64,000 nt of DNA from Hyphochytrium catenoides (lineage: Eukaryota > Protista > Hyphochytriomycota). A program made the translations under genes and the position numbers. Position 1 is the stretch's first letter. Every line of letters starts with the position of its first letter. Shown here piece by piece: positions 52,664 to 64,000 of the stretch. The notes beneath the pieces were generated by a model. That model saw nothing but the letters and a program-made list of their open reading frames with translations, made no database searches and was not told the origin of the DNA. The stretch is taken from positions 126,575 through 190,574 of the forward strand of contig FLMG01002622.1 of assembly GCA_900088475.1 (NCBI GenBank). The letters are read 5' to 3'.

Positions 52664-54509
52664 TGTGCCCCGGGCATTGACAAACTTGGAGCTGCGCTGT
52701 GGAGGAGAGGAGGAAGAAGAAGAAGGGCTGGAGAATGAGGAGGGAGAGGCAGCATCTTGAGAAAGAGGAGAAGAGAGAAAGATCATCTTCCTTTTTTAAC
52801 TTCTCTCCTGCTTTGGCCTAATTCTTTCCTGGGCTTGACTCTGACTCTCAATCTCTCTCTTCTTGGCCTCTTCTCACGCTATTTCTTCTCTGAGCCTTCT
52901 CAAAGCTGCCTCACTTTGCTTCTCCTTTTCTCCTCTGGTTAAGCTTCGGCGCTATCCTCTTCTACTCTTTCTTGTCCTATCCACAGCTCAGGTGGCTGGC
53001 TTGATGACCACTCTCAGCAAGGAGAAGAGAACAATGACTCGAGAGCTTTCCGGGCAAACTTAGAAGGAAAAAGAGAGGGAGACGTTGAGGCAATTCAAAC
53101 GAAAGGCATGCGAGAAAGAGAGAGAGAGAGAGAGAGTGAAAGGGAAGGGTTCTGAGCGGGTTCTCACTGTTCAGGGACAGAAGAGAGAACCTATCGTGTG
53201 GAGAAGAGAGAGACACCCACAGAAAGTGACGCTAGCCACGATGACCCGTAGACGACAGATAGAGAAAGAGATACAGCTTCTTGAGACAGCAGCCAGGATG
53301 GGTTGAGATCGTAGATCGACGGAGGAGACAGGAGAGCTGGAGGCACGCATGCCTAAGAAGTGAGAGAGATCAGGAATGGGAAGAACAGGCCGATATGGGA
53401 AGACTCTCTTTGCCTCCTCTCTTACTTTTTCAGGGATCTACCTGTTACGCTAGATTCTCTCTCTGGGCATCTCCCTTTTCTTTCTCCGTCTCCTCTTGTC
53501 TCTCGCTCTCTCGTACAGAGAGTTCTCTTTCCTAATAACAGTCCAAGGGCTCAGATCTCCTTCTTTATCAACCTCAGGTCACCATCATCAAGAGTGATGG
53601 GCACCTTTCTTCACCTCTTCCTTGGAAGACTCTCTTTGGAGATGCAGCAGAGAGGGAGACATCTCACATGCAGAAGAAGAAAGAAACAGAGGGAAGATGG
53701 GCTACCGAGGAGAGCGAACAGCTGGAAGGGACGGCGGTTGAGCCTCCAGCAGAGTGGCGGCCAACCTTCGTCCATCATCGTCGTCCATGGCCCTAATCTC
53801 AGGATAGAATAGAAAGGAGAGAGTCCATCAATAAGCTCGATAACCGCCGTCTCGCGGCTGGCTTGACAGCAGCGCTTATGCTAGACATCAGGTATCTTGT
53901 CTGTCCGCCTCTCTCTCTCTCTCTCTTGCTCCTCCCTGTCTGTCAACCTCTTCTCTCTCTCGTCTTCTTTCTTCTCCCGGTTTCAAACAACTGTCTCTCC
54001 CTAACACCTCCCAAGCTTCCTAGCTCAAGCGCTGTGGCCATTGCCTCATCTCTACCTCTTCTGTCTCTTTCCACATCGACAAAATAGCGAGAAGGAAAAG
54101 AAGAGAGGAGAGAGATGGATTGCGAACACGCAGAGGAGAGAGCAACCGTCCGTTCCCGTCTATCTATCTCCCATCTATCTTGTCTTCTTCCCTCTCCTTG
54201 CTATCTCGTTCCTGGCTTCTTTCCCTTCTTTAACGAGCATCCTCGTGGGACACGCTCTCACCGCCCTTTTCCATTCTTTCTTCAGTGTGGCTCTTGAGAT
54301 GATGGGGCCGTGAGCTCGTTATCTGAAGGATGGCGGAACCCGCTCTCTTCCTTTTCCCACTTCTTCGGCTACAAAATAGAAGAGTTGTTGCCCGTTGTGG
54401 TGTCCTCTCTCTTCTCGTCTCTCTCCCTCTCTCTTATGTAGTCTCTCTCCCTCTCTCATGTGTGGTCCCTCTCTCTTTCCCCCTCTCTCTTATGGAGTGT
54501 CTCTCTCTT

Positions 54510-54551
<42 letters not shown>

Positions 54552-54611
54552 CTAGCCTCTGTCTCTCTCCCTCTCTGTGTCTCTTTCTCTCTCTGTGTCT
54601 CTTTCTCTCTC

Positions 54612-54655
<44 letters not shown>

Positions 54656-55431
54656 CCCCTCTCTCTCTCTCCTCTGACCCTCCATGAACAGGGTGCCCAG
54701 CGCAGGTCAGACGGGTGATGGGGTAACCGACTCTGCCCCCTCAGGGTAAGAGTAATAATACAATAGTACTAAATCAATACTAGTAAGGAAGGGAATATTG
54801 TTTTAGTCCCGTCCGTTACATGTCTGGACGCTTATGTACCGTGCCCGAAAGGTCACCGACCGATGAAGTGCACTTTTAGGGCTTGTCATAGATTGCTCTT
54901 GAGGAGAGGAGGAGGGAAGGAAAGAGAGAGAGAGGAAAGAAGAAGAGAAGAGAGAGACATCATCCTGATGATAGCCTTCTTAACTTATTTCTATCTGGTT
55001 GGCCCTCCTCCTCCTCTCTAGTGCGGCGGGTAAAGAGTCCACAAGGAAAAGAAGAGGGGAATAGAGGTGGCCACGCGACGGTTGACAAAGAAGAGGTCCA
55101 GACCGAGAACTACTTAGAGTGAGTTAACCTCGCAGAGATCTCTTCTTTTCTTATAGAAAAGGCCTGGGCGAGTCCCATCACCAGCGGCAGCCCGTTCTCC
55201 TCCTCAGTCCACGAGTAAGAAGCTCCTGTTCCCCCAGAGTACCCCTTTCTTTTGTTTGCTCTTCGCCTAGGTAAGAGAACTAAGCCCAGTTCGTTATCTT
55301 TATGATTAAGCGGACACCGACTGGGCTTAGTCCTTGCTTCTTTCTTGCCCGTTCTCTCTCTTCTCTATCTAACTCTTTCAGGCGGCTCATAAGTCCATTC
55401 TCCATTCTATTTATGACCTCTACTTCCTACT

Positions 55432-55482
<51 letters not shown>

Positions 55483-56503
55483 TCTCTGTCTCTCTCTGTC
55501 TCTCTCCGCTCTCTCTTTCTTTTTCTCTTTCCATTCCCCCCCATCATCATGCTCCTGACCTCCTCATCATCTCTAGGTCTCTCCGCTTCCTTTCCTTTAA
55601 CAACATCCTGGCGCTGAGTAACCGCTGGGCATCAAGAAGAATGGACGGAGGACGACATGATGAAGAGGAAGACGAAGCGAGGACTATCTCCGGACAATCC
55701 TAGCGTCTTCTCTCTCTACCGCCGCCCAGGAGAAATAAGCTGTGTCTCTTGACGAGATGGGCTACGTTCAAATTTGAGCTTGATTTATGATCCTCTCCTT
55801 CCCCATCCTCTTCTTTTATGGCTTCTTCTCCAGTTGTCTCTCCTGCTTTCTCGCTCTTTTTTATATATCTCTCTCGTCGTCCTCGTTCCCGTCTCTCTCT
55901 GTCTCCCTGGTCTCTAAGTTTCTTCTTCCCCTTCTCCGCCATCAATCCGCTCTGTCTTCCGGCATCGGCACTGGTCACTGCAGGAGGACTGAGCAGAGCA
56001 GAAACATGCCGATGTAGATTGCGGCTACTATAGAACTTCTCCTTCTTCGTCGTCCTATGCTGTCCACCATCACTTGAGAAGAAGAGAAGCGCAGTTCATT
56101 GATATGTCAGACTAAGAAGAAGAAATGACAAGCAAGAAAGATGCGTGGCACGAAAGAGAAAGAAGAGACTGACGCAACGATGCATGATATGTCTGGTTGA
56201 GCTGCTGTTATATGCTTTGAAATCCACCTCAAAAAGGCACAAAGGAAAGCGGCAGCAGCTCCACAAGTGGATGTGAGACGGAACAAGGGAAGAGCTGACC
56301 TCAGACTGTTTCCTCCGGATGCTTGCCATCGTAGCCCAGCTAAAGCTCCCAAGTCAAGAGCACCCTCAGGATTGCCGAGAGCTAAGAAACGGGAAGGACA
56401 GAGAGGAGAAGAAGAAGAGAGAAAGAAAGAAAGCAAAAAAGATAGTTAGTTAAGAGGAGAGGAGAGAGAGAGAGCAGCAGCAACAAGCTCATAGACAAAG
56501 AGA

Positions 56504-59500
56504 ATGGCCGCGAGAGTTGATCGTACCTCCTGGGACAAGCTCATCCTCGCCTTTGAGATTGGCACAGGTCTCCTCACTGCCATCCTCGTCCTGACAACCC
56601 CGATCAAGCCACTGGTGGTGAACTACCTGACAACCTATACAAAGACATCGGAGTTCACCCTGATCAAGACCTACGAGTCTGATGGGCTCTATGTGAGTCA
56701 ACCCACTGTCTTCATGTCTAAAGAGCGCGTCGTAGCCACGGAAGATGTGGAAGATCTTTGCCACACGAAGCGGCTGATGCTCCGGGCTCAAGCGACAACT
56801 GGAAAGGGATATCTCCGCGCGGGCGATGTCTCCGAGAGCTGGGTCGATTGCATTGCTTCTCAGTTTGTCGCTGATGTCGTTACCGTCTTGGGAAGAGAGA
56901 ATGTCGTTTGGGAAGATTTACTGAAGCTTAATCCTCCGTTTGCCAGTGTGTTTGTTGACCCTGAGCTGGAGCGCCGACGGATATTGACAGCTCCTCAGAT
57001 CCTAGAGACATACGTGAATCCACGCTGGGGCGGGCTTCAAGGCACCTGGGTCTTCCGTCTCCCTCCTGAGCAGCCTCCAGCATCGTCTCCAGCGCTGTAT
57101 GCGGCCGTTGACACGCTGGAGACGCTTGAAGGCTGGTTCCAGCTCTTTAACATCTCAATCCTGCACATGCACGTGTCTCAGCTGCCTGGCTTTGTCAAGT
57201 ACATTGATCTTATCGAGGACCATGAGGGCTATGCAAAGTTCTTCATTCAGCCTTCACCTATCGGCGCGGGGCTGGACTGTTGGCGCCAGTCCACGTTATA
57301 CCTTCGTGCCGCATGTGTGGCACGGGCCTACCCTATGAATATGTATGAGACGCTACTATCCAACAAGTTTGACGCGGCGAGGACACAGATCTATACGGCA
57401 GGCATCGGGTTCAATGTCTTCACCTACTATGAGCTTCAGCTGTCCATGGATCTCAATAGCGCGGGGCTTGGAACAGGTCGCTGTAAAGCTTCAGGAAGCG
57501 TGCCGCAGATTGTCGCGGCGTACACTGCGGGCGGCGCCTTCTGCCGCATGTTTATGGAGACAGTGCTCTCCCGGCCTGAGAACAGTGGCTGGGGAGATAA
57601 CGCTGACAGGCTGAGCGCTGAGGAGCGACACTTCTTTGGCTATTATTTCACTCGCTGCCTCCAAGTGATGACCTTGTACCCCGAATGGCGCTTTGGCGGC
57701 CCGCTGCTTCAGTATTATAAGTATGCAGGGATCACGGCCGCGCAGATGTCCAAAGCTGAAGATCTGTTAGCATCCGAGTCTTCGTCATTCAAGCCGTTCC
57801 CCAATGAGGCGCACGGCCGGAGCTTTCTCACGCAAATGAATGGAGAAGTCTGCGACTTTGCTCGTGGAAAGCTTGGACGGACCAACTGCTCTATGAACGT
57901 GACCTATTCAAAGCAGTCTTCCTATACCAAGACCATTGGCGCCAAGCCGCTTCTCCTCGTCGTGGCGCCATCCACGCCTACTACGACTCAGCCAGTCTCC
58001 TCTTCTTCTTCTCCTGCAGCAGCAAGTGGTGGACAGTCGAACGGTGGAGGAGAACGAGGGGAAAGGGAAGTAGCAGGGACAAGGATCCTTGCCAGCTGCA
58101 ACTATAACCAGAAAGCAATGCGTGAAGAGTCTCCAGAGCTCCTGCGCATTGCCCTCAGCCGCTTCTCTTCAACGACGATCCTCATGACAGGGACAGGCGT
58201 TCTCTTTGACGCCAGCTGCACGTCACAGATCGACTTTGCAGCTCTCAAGTATGATAACAACCTCTTCCTTGGGAGCTTGGGCTGTGAGAACCTCGGCGCA
58301 CTGGAGACGATCCGCTTCACATTTGCGGAAGAATGCTCGCCGTTGGAGCTCTCTATCGAGCCAGTGGCCAACCTCTCGGCTCTAGCCCAAACAGTTAAGC
58401 CCTCTGTCCCTGGAGAAATGGTCTATCTCATGGGCACACAGACAGAATATCTTCTCTTCCGTGGGCCTCGGCTCTCCTGTGTCCTTACCAAGGGCATCCT
58501 GGGTACGGACGGTATCCACTTGGACATCTTCAATAAGGAGCGGCTGGTAGATCTGCGGCAGTTCAGCGCCCGCGTGCGCCTCTCAGAAGGCTCCATCCGG
58601 CTAGCGATCACCTCCACGGTTGTCTTTGCCGCCCTCTTAGGCCTAAGCTTCTCCATCTCTTACGCTACGGAGATGCTGGCAAGAGTGAGGGAGATCCGCC
58701 AACAGCTCCTGCTCTACGGCTCCTCGCGCTACTTTGACTTTTATGCCGTGCGCTACGTGGAATGCTCAGCCTTTGTCCTCTCTCAGACCTTGGCCGTAGA
58801 GAAGATTATCCTGGCTCTGGGCGCGGTGCTCAACCTCTTCGTCATTGTCATGGGAGACTCCTCTCTCAAGGGCCCGACAGTTGTCTTCTCTCGCCAATAC
58901 ACGCCTCTCCTGCAGTTCAACATGGACATGGCCTATATAATCTTCAACCTCGTCGGGCTGGGCCAGCTCTGGATGAGGCGTGGAGTCCAGCGCCTAGGGA
59001 TTGCCCTCTGGGAGGTGCGAACGACGCGGGTTCTGTACGTGACAATGATAGGAGTGGCAGCTCACTCCGCAGGGATGGCGCTGCAGATTCTTTACAAAGA
59101 GTATACAAAGACCGAGACGCTCTACTTTCTCCTGCTGAGCTCTTTAATCGTCATTGCGGTCTGTGGGAACGTTGACTGGGGCGTGACCAAGGTGCCAGTC
59201 GTGGATTGTTCAACGCTGGGCTCACTGGGAAACTTCTTGCGCACAGAGTTCCAGCTCAAGGTCGTGGACATCGAGGAAGATCTCATTCTGTCTCATCTTC
59301 CCGTGTCCGGGAAGTCAAAGAAAACGACATCTAGCAGCGGTTCGGCAGCTGCAGTGGCGCCAGTGAACGAGGTTCCTGCCTCTGGGGGCACGCGGCGAGA
59401 TGGGCTCGGTGGTGGCCAGCAAGAGATGCTCAGAGGCGTGCACTATACCATTCCTCTGCTGGTCAATCGCGAGCTGAACATGCTCAGGAGTCGACCAGGC

Positions 59501-59707
59501 GGGCTCTTCGCCGTTGGGGCGCATCGCGTCTATTCCCTGCTGACACATCGCGGCGGCGGCAGCGCAGCCTCCTCGGCTGCAGCTGGTGAGGTGGGACCCA
59601 TTGCTCTGGCGGCGCAGAAGAGCAGTGAAGAGGGAGGAGAGTCAGAGAGAGCCAATGAGGTGGCTGACGGCATCGCGAAAGGTTATCTTCCTAATTATGT
59701 TTACTAA
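56504..59707 (+). CDS. Uncharacterised 1067-aa multi-pass membrane protein, single coding exon
   Basis: 3.2-kb uninterrupted, essentially microsatellite-free ORF with an N-terminal hydrophobic helix, a large Cys-containing middle domain and about 5 C-terminal hydrophobic segments. No family recognised. Confidence 0.85.
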   Translation: MAARVDRTSWDKLILAFEIGTGLLTAILVLTTPIKPLVVNYLTTYTKTSEFTLIKTYESDGLYVSQPTVFMSKERVVATEDVEDLCHTKRLMLRAQATTGKGYLRAGDVSESWVDCIASQFVADVVTVLGRENVVWEDLLKLNPPFASVFVDPELERRRILTAPQILETYVNPRWGGLQGTWVFRLPPEQPPASSPALYAAVDTLETLEGWFQLFNISILHMHVSQLPGFVKYIDLIEDHEGYAKFFIQPSPIGAGLDCWRQSTLYLRAACVARAYPMNMYETLLSNKFDAARTQIYTAGIGFNVFTYYELQLSMDLNSAGLGTGRCKASGSVPQIVAAYTAGGAFCRMFMETVLSRPENSGWGDNADRLSAEERHFFGYYFTRCLQVMTLYPEWRFGGPLLQYYKYAGITAAQMSKAEDLLASESSSFKPFPNEAHGRSFLTQMNGEVCDFARGKLGRTNCSMNVTYSKQSSYTKTIGAKPLLLVVAPSTPTTTQPVSSSSSPAAASGGQSNGGGERGEREVAGTRILASCNYNQKAMREESPELLRIALSRFSSTTILMTGTGVLFDASCTSQIDFAALKYDNNLFLGSLGCENLGALETIRFTFAEECSPLELSIEPVANLSALAQTVKPSVPGEMVYLMGTQTEYLLFRGPRLSCVLTKGILGTDGIHLDIFNKERLVDLRQFSARVRLSEGSIRLAITSTVVFAALLGLSFSISYATEMLARVREIRQQLLLYGSSRYFDFYAVRYVECSAFVLSQTLAVEKIILALGAVLNLFVIVMGDSSLKGPTVVFSRQYTPLLQFNMDMAYIIFNLVGLGQLWMRRGVQRLGIALWEVRTTRVLYVTMIGVAAHSAGMALQILYKEYTKTETLYFLLLSSLIVIAVCGNVDWGVTKVPVVDCSTLGSLGNFLRTEFQLKVVDIEEDLILSHLPVSGKSKKTTSSSGSAAAVAPVNEVPASGGTRRDGLGGGQQEMLRGVHYTIPLLVNRELNMLRSRPGGLFAVGAHRVYSLLTHRGGGSAASSAAAGEVGPIALAAQKSSEEGGESERANEVADGIAKGYLPNYVY

Positions 59708-59726
59708 GATTGCCAGGAGAGAGAGA

Positions 59727-59792
<66 letters not shown>

Positions 59793-60034
59793 TAGAAGAA
59801 CAAGTCTCCTCGTCTCTGGCGTTTTTTGTCTTCTTCGTGATATTAGCAGTCTATTAGACTGAAAGATTGGGCTTTGTTCATGAGTGAAGAGCATTACGTG
59901 TCTTCTTCCCTCTCTCTCGTGCTCTCTCTTCTTTATCTCTCTCCTTCTCTTCGCTTTCTCTCTATCTTTGTCTCTCTTCCCCTTCCACTCTTAAACTTTC
60001 TCGTAGTTCGGTGACACCGTCGGTGGAGATAAAG

Positions 60035-62196
60035 CTACATCCGAATGGTCTTCCTCATCAATGTCCTGAGCTTCTTCCTCTTTGGGTCTTGAACCTGAAC
60101 GAGAGCTGCTGCCTCTGGACCGCTCGCTCCCTTCTCTCTGTTACCTTCCTCAGCTCCATGGAAGTGACTCTGTCCTCCACCGCCCTCTATTCCGCTCTCA
60201 AGGAAGACGGCATCATCCTCCGCAGAGTCACGATAAGAAAACACGTCAGAAGAAGAGTTGGAGGAGGAGGAGGCAGCAGAGAAGATCTGTTGCTCATTCT
60301 CAACTTCTCCTCTCATTTCTCCGTCTTCATCCCTGTTACCTCCGCTTGCTTCTTCCTTCTTTGCTCTCTCAATGTCCAAGAAAGTAAAGGCGGGAGGAGC
60401 AAAGACATCTGCTCTTTCTGGTCTGAAGGACTGCAAATCTACGCATTGGCCTGCGATAGAGGCGTTGCCTTTCTTCCCTCTGAACCCTGTTGTTTGATAG
60501 TCTCCGTCCTCCGTACTTCCGCAGAAAGAGTTATCCTTCGAAAAGCCCACACCTCTGTGTCTTCTGCTGCTGTCCTTTTCCATCAAAAGCATCAGGCCTG
60601 CTCCTCTGGCGCTCCTGATGAAGGCGTTGACTGGCTGCTTCATGGGCTCTTCGTTGTCATCCGTCTTAGTTGAGACCAGGATCTCTGTGTGATGGCAGGA
60701 CGGACTGGAGAAGGAAGACGCAGACGAAGGAGAGAAAGAGGAAAGAGGAAGAGCCGCTGAAGAAGAAGGCGGAGGGCGCTTCATCATTGTCGAGGTGGTG
60801 AGAGAGACAGCGGAAGAGGTTCCATGGCCTTGCCCAAGAAGGACATTCTTCTTCCCATTCTTGCCAAAGAAGCGCCGGAGGATTCCGGACCAGAAGTAGA
60901 CGAGCGCGTTCATGAAGCCGTTGATAGGCTCAAGAATCTATGGAGAGAAAGACAGATCATCTTATTAAAGGCCAGCGGGAAGGACGAGGGAGAGAGAGGA
61001 AGGGAACGTCTATTCTATACTTCTCTCTTTCTCTCTCTCTCTCTCTCTCCCCTCCATTCGCTCTTCTTGTCCTAATCCCTTTATGCTCCCTGTTTGATTT
61101 CTTCCCTATCAACCTCGACTTACCGCTTGTAAAAGGGCAAGAGTGAATATCTTTTGAGTGGGGTCAGCGATGACGACGAGCCTGTTGATGCTCGCTGGGA
61201 CCCAAGAGATGAGAAAGATGAGAAGATAGAGGTTGGACCGCATAAAGTAGCGTCGCTTGAGCTTGGCTAGTTCGCGACTTTGGCCAGTTGGGTCTGTGTC
61301 AAGCCCAGAGGAGAGCCTGCACAGAGTAGGGGAAAGTGTTGCACGAAGAGCTGCTCAGTTAGAAGGCACTGGACGTTGACTGAGGACGCAGAGGACTCTC
61401 AGATCAGAAGGAAGGATGGACAGGGTATAGGGAAGATAGCAAAGAAGGAATAGCGTGCCAGAGACAGGAAGGGGAAGAGCGGCGTGAGAAGAGAAACAAT
61501 GACAGGAGGCCAGTCACCAGGAAGGAAGAAGTTCGATAAGAGAAGAGCAAAGAGCAACAAGTAGCGACAACAGAGTCAGATGATCGAATGAGAAGAGAGC
61601 TTAGGCCATCGTAAGCCGTAATAGCATGAGAGTTCTCTCTCTCTCTCTCTCTACCTTCTCGTGCTCTTGACCACTATCACGCCGACCCAGACATAGATGA
61701 CGACAATGAGAGTGAAGAAGATCCAAAGTGGAAGATAGAACCAGGCCAAGCGGAAGATGAGATAGTCGGGGCTGATCCAGCACCAAAGATCCGCGGCGCC
61801 ATAGAAGGGCAGGCCGTCCTTGTACTGGAGGAAGGGCAATAGCAGTACAGCGGACCATAAGAAGGTCCCGACCCAGCAGAGAAGATGATAGTATTTCTCG
61901 TAAGAGATGAGCTCAGCGCGGTTCTTTTGCTTCACCGTCGAGAGCCAGAGATTCACAGCGATCGCACCGGTCCATGTTACACCCTGAAGGAAGGAAGAAG
62001 GGAAATGAGGAGGGATGACAGAGGAACTAAAGATGGGAAAGAGAGAGAGAAAGGGGGAGAGAGAGAGGTAAAGACAGAGAGAAGCGGGGAGAGAGAAAGA
62101 GAAAAAGACAGAGGGAGAGAAAAAGAGAGAGAAGAGAGAAGGAAAAAAAGAGAGAGAGGGAAAGAAAGAGAGAGAGGGAAAGAAAGAGAGAGAGAG

Positions 62197-62233
<37 letters not shown>

Positions 62234-62267
62234 ANNNNNNNNNNNNNNNNNNNNNNNNNNNNNNNNN

Positions 62268-62302
<35 letters not shown>

Positions 62303-62683
62303 AGGGTATATAGACCCACAACAAAGCAAGGTTCACCGATGACACTACTTTGCTCTATATCTTTGAAGAGCGAAATGGTTAGGACCCTAGGATCACAATC
62401 TTACCGCGAGAAGAGAGAATTCTTGAAGGAAGCCAAGGAAGATGCAGAGCGAGCTGTCGCCTCCGTAGAGCGTGAACCCCGAGCGATTGATGACAAAGGT
62501 GATGGCAGAGAGGAAGTCCGCGATGCTAAGGTTCAGAATGAGCCGACTGGCAGCACTTTTGACTGTCTTTTCCCTGTTTAGGAGAGAAGAGACGACCACA
62601 GCTGCGGTCCCAAGGAGAGAGAGACAGCCGCCAATACGCGCTGAGACGACAATGAGATGGTACTGCTCATCCGTAAAAGACAT
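60035..62683 (-). CDS. cAMP-receptor-like (cAR/Crl family) 7TM GPCR; exons 62683-62405, 61983-61655, 61316-61124, 60937-60035
   Basis: CLSLLGT, SRLILNLSIADFL, LCIFLGFLQEFSLLAGVTWTGAIAVNL, YEKYYHLLCW, YGAADLWCWI, FYLPLW, YLLIFLISWVPASINR and PINGFMNALVY are canonical cAR-family motifs. Long C-terminal tail. Confidence 0.92.
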
Positions 62684-62749
62684 TATCTCCTATCTCTTCA
62701 GCAATGGTAAGGACAGTAGTCCTATGCTGAAGAGAGACTTTGAGAAAGA

Positions 62750-62812
<63 letters not shown>

Positions 62813-63964
62813 AAGAGAGATAGCCTGTTTAAAGGGGCAGACCAAGACTGGAAAGGAAAGCTATTAGAGAAGCAAGGGAAGGAGCGCTTCACTTCGACAA
62901 GAAGCCAGCCAGCCAGGCGGAAGAGAAGCACTTGGTGCCTGTGGTGCAGCAACGCGTTGTTCTTCTTAGTGTTTCTAATCAAGAAGCGACGCCGCTCGCT
63001 CTTGGCTTGGGTCGCTGTTGCCTTGCTTGTTGTCAGGATGATTGAAGACTGAAGGGCTGGTGCGAGACTAGCTGACAACAGCCAAGGCGGCGGTAAGAGC
63101 GACGGGACAAGAGCAGGTAGGCAAGGACATCCGAAAGGAGAGAAGACGCGGTGGCGATATTGCCTCTGGAGCTTTCCATGGGCTTAGACGTGCCTTTCTA
63201 TATCTTAGACGGTCGCTTTCAAGAATCGCGGACGAACATCAGCCCGAGCTTCAGGGGAGGACAGCAAGACAGGTAGGTAGAGAAGAGGCACGGAGGAGAA
63301 GCGAGGCATTAGGTAGAGAGATGGTGGAAAAGAGAAGAGAAGATAGCGAGGTGATGAAGAAGAAGAGACGCCTGCAAGAGACTGAGAGGAGAGAAAGGGA
63401 AAGAAGAGGAGCGAGGGTTGATGGTCAGATAAGATGAGAGACACCAGAAGCCGCAAGGAGGAGAGAAGGTCCACAAGGGAGCAGAGTCTCTAAGAAGGAA
63501 GAGCCGTCGCTCTTCCCCTTCAACCCCAAGAACTTCCTTTGACTCTACATCGTTTGTCCTCCTCCTTCTCTCCCATCTTCTTCTCACTCTTGGCTCAAAG
63601 AAGCAGGCCCTGCGATAGGACAACATCTGAGTTCCTGAGAGAGAAGACGTTGTCCTCCTCCCGACCCCTCAGGGCCTGCTCCTGGGCTGGCCGGAAGAGG
63701 AAGAAGAAGAAGGAGAAACAAGAGAATAGTAGGCTGCTGGAGGTGGGCGATGAAGAGCCTGAGAAGAAGGAGAAGGTTTGGGCAGGAGAGGATCTGCTAT
63801 CTGAAGGATAGGGAGACAGACGTTGCGTCGTGAGCTACGGACGGAGGGCAGGGCTGCTAGCTGGAGGAGAAGAGAAGGAAGAGGTGGAGGTAAAAGAGAT
63901 GATAGTGGAAAGAGAGAGGAGAGAGAACGTGTATCCATTTATTATATCCCTAAGCCGCAGAATT

Positions 63965-63986
63965 TTGACTCATTATAATGAGTCAA
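63965..63986. repeat. Perfect 22-bp palindrome TTGACTCATTATAATGAGTCAA
   Basis: Self-complementary base by base; contains two TGA(C/G)TCA sites flanking TTATAA. Confidence 0.9.
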
Positions 63987-64000
63987 TTTTTGGAGGGTCA

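Noticed and set aside
54840-54875. Possible hammerhead ribozyme (CGAAA...CCGATGA, GTGC/GCAC stem)
   Set aside because: The core lacks CUGANGA and only one internal hairpin can form, so the three-stem junction cannot be built.
60011-60673. 220-aa plus-strand ORF and similar antisense ORFs (32380-33012, 58102-58656)
   Set aside because: They are antisense shadows of well-supported genes and show no recognisable motifs.

Overview
Intron-rich eukaryotic, probably protist-like, genomic DNA; the taxon cannot be determined from the sequence. Introns, UTRs and intergenic DNA are saturated with (CT)n/(GA)n microsatellites, so most ORFs in the supplied track (SLSLSL/ERERER) are artefacts, and several N gaps fall inside these repeats. 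Joining exons at GT-AG boundaries by hand gave 12 protein-coding genes: a 5'-truncated RecQ (BLM/Sgs1-type) helicase; a UBZ + NSD-type PHD-finger chromatin protein; a DFD-type AGC kinase (Nrc-2/Fpk1/phototropin-kinase-like); an NmrA/isoflavone-reductase-like protein; a BBE-type FAD-linked oxidase; a Myb/SANT-like (DUF6818-like) protein; an intronless AlkB alkane 1-monooxygenase; two cAMP-receptor-like GPCRs; a predicted N-myristoylated single-domain globin; a 7TM-RGS protein; and an intronless 1067-aa membrane protein of no recognised family. Most noteworthy are the bacterial-type AlkB in a redox/O2 and GPCR neighbourhood, a consistent GA-then-CT polarity within introns, frequent AAG acceptors, and CCAAT boxes phased at about 31 bp. 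No rRNA, tRNA, CRISPR array or transposase was recognised. Family names come from recognised motifs, not database searches.
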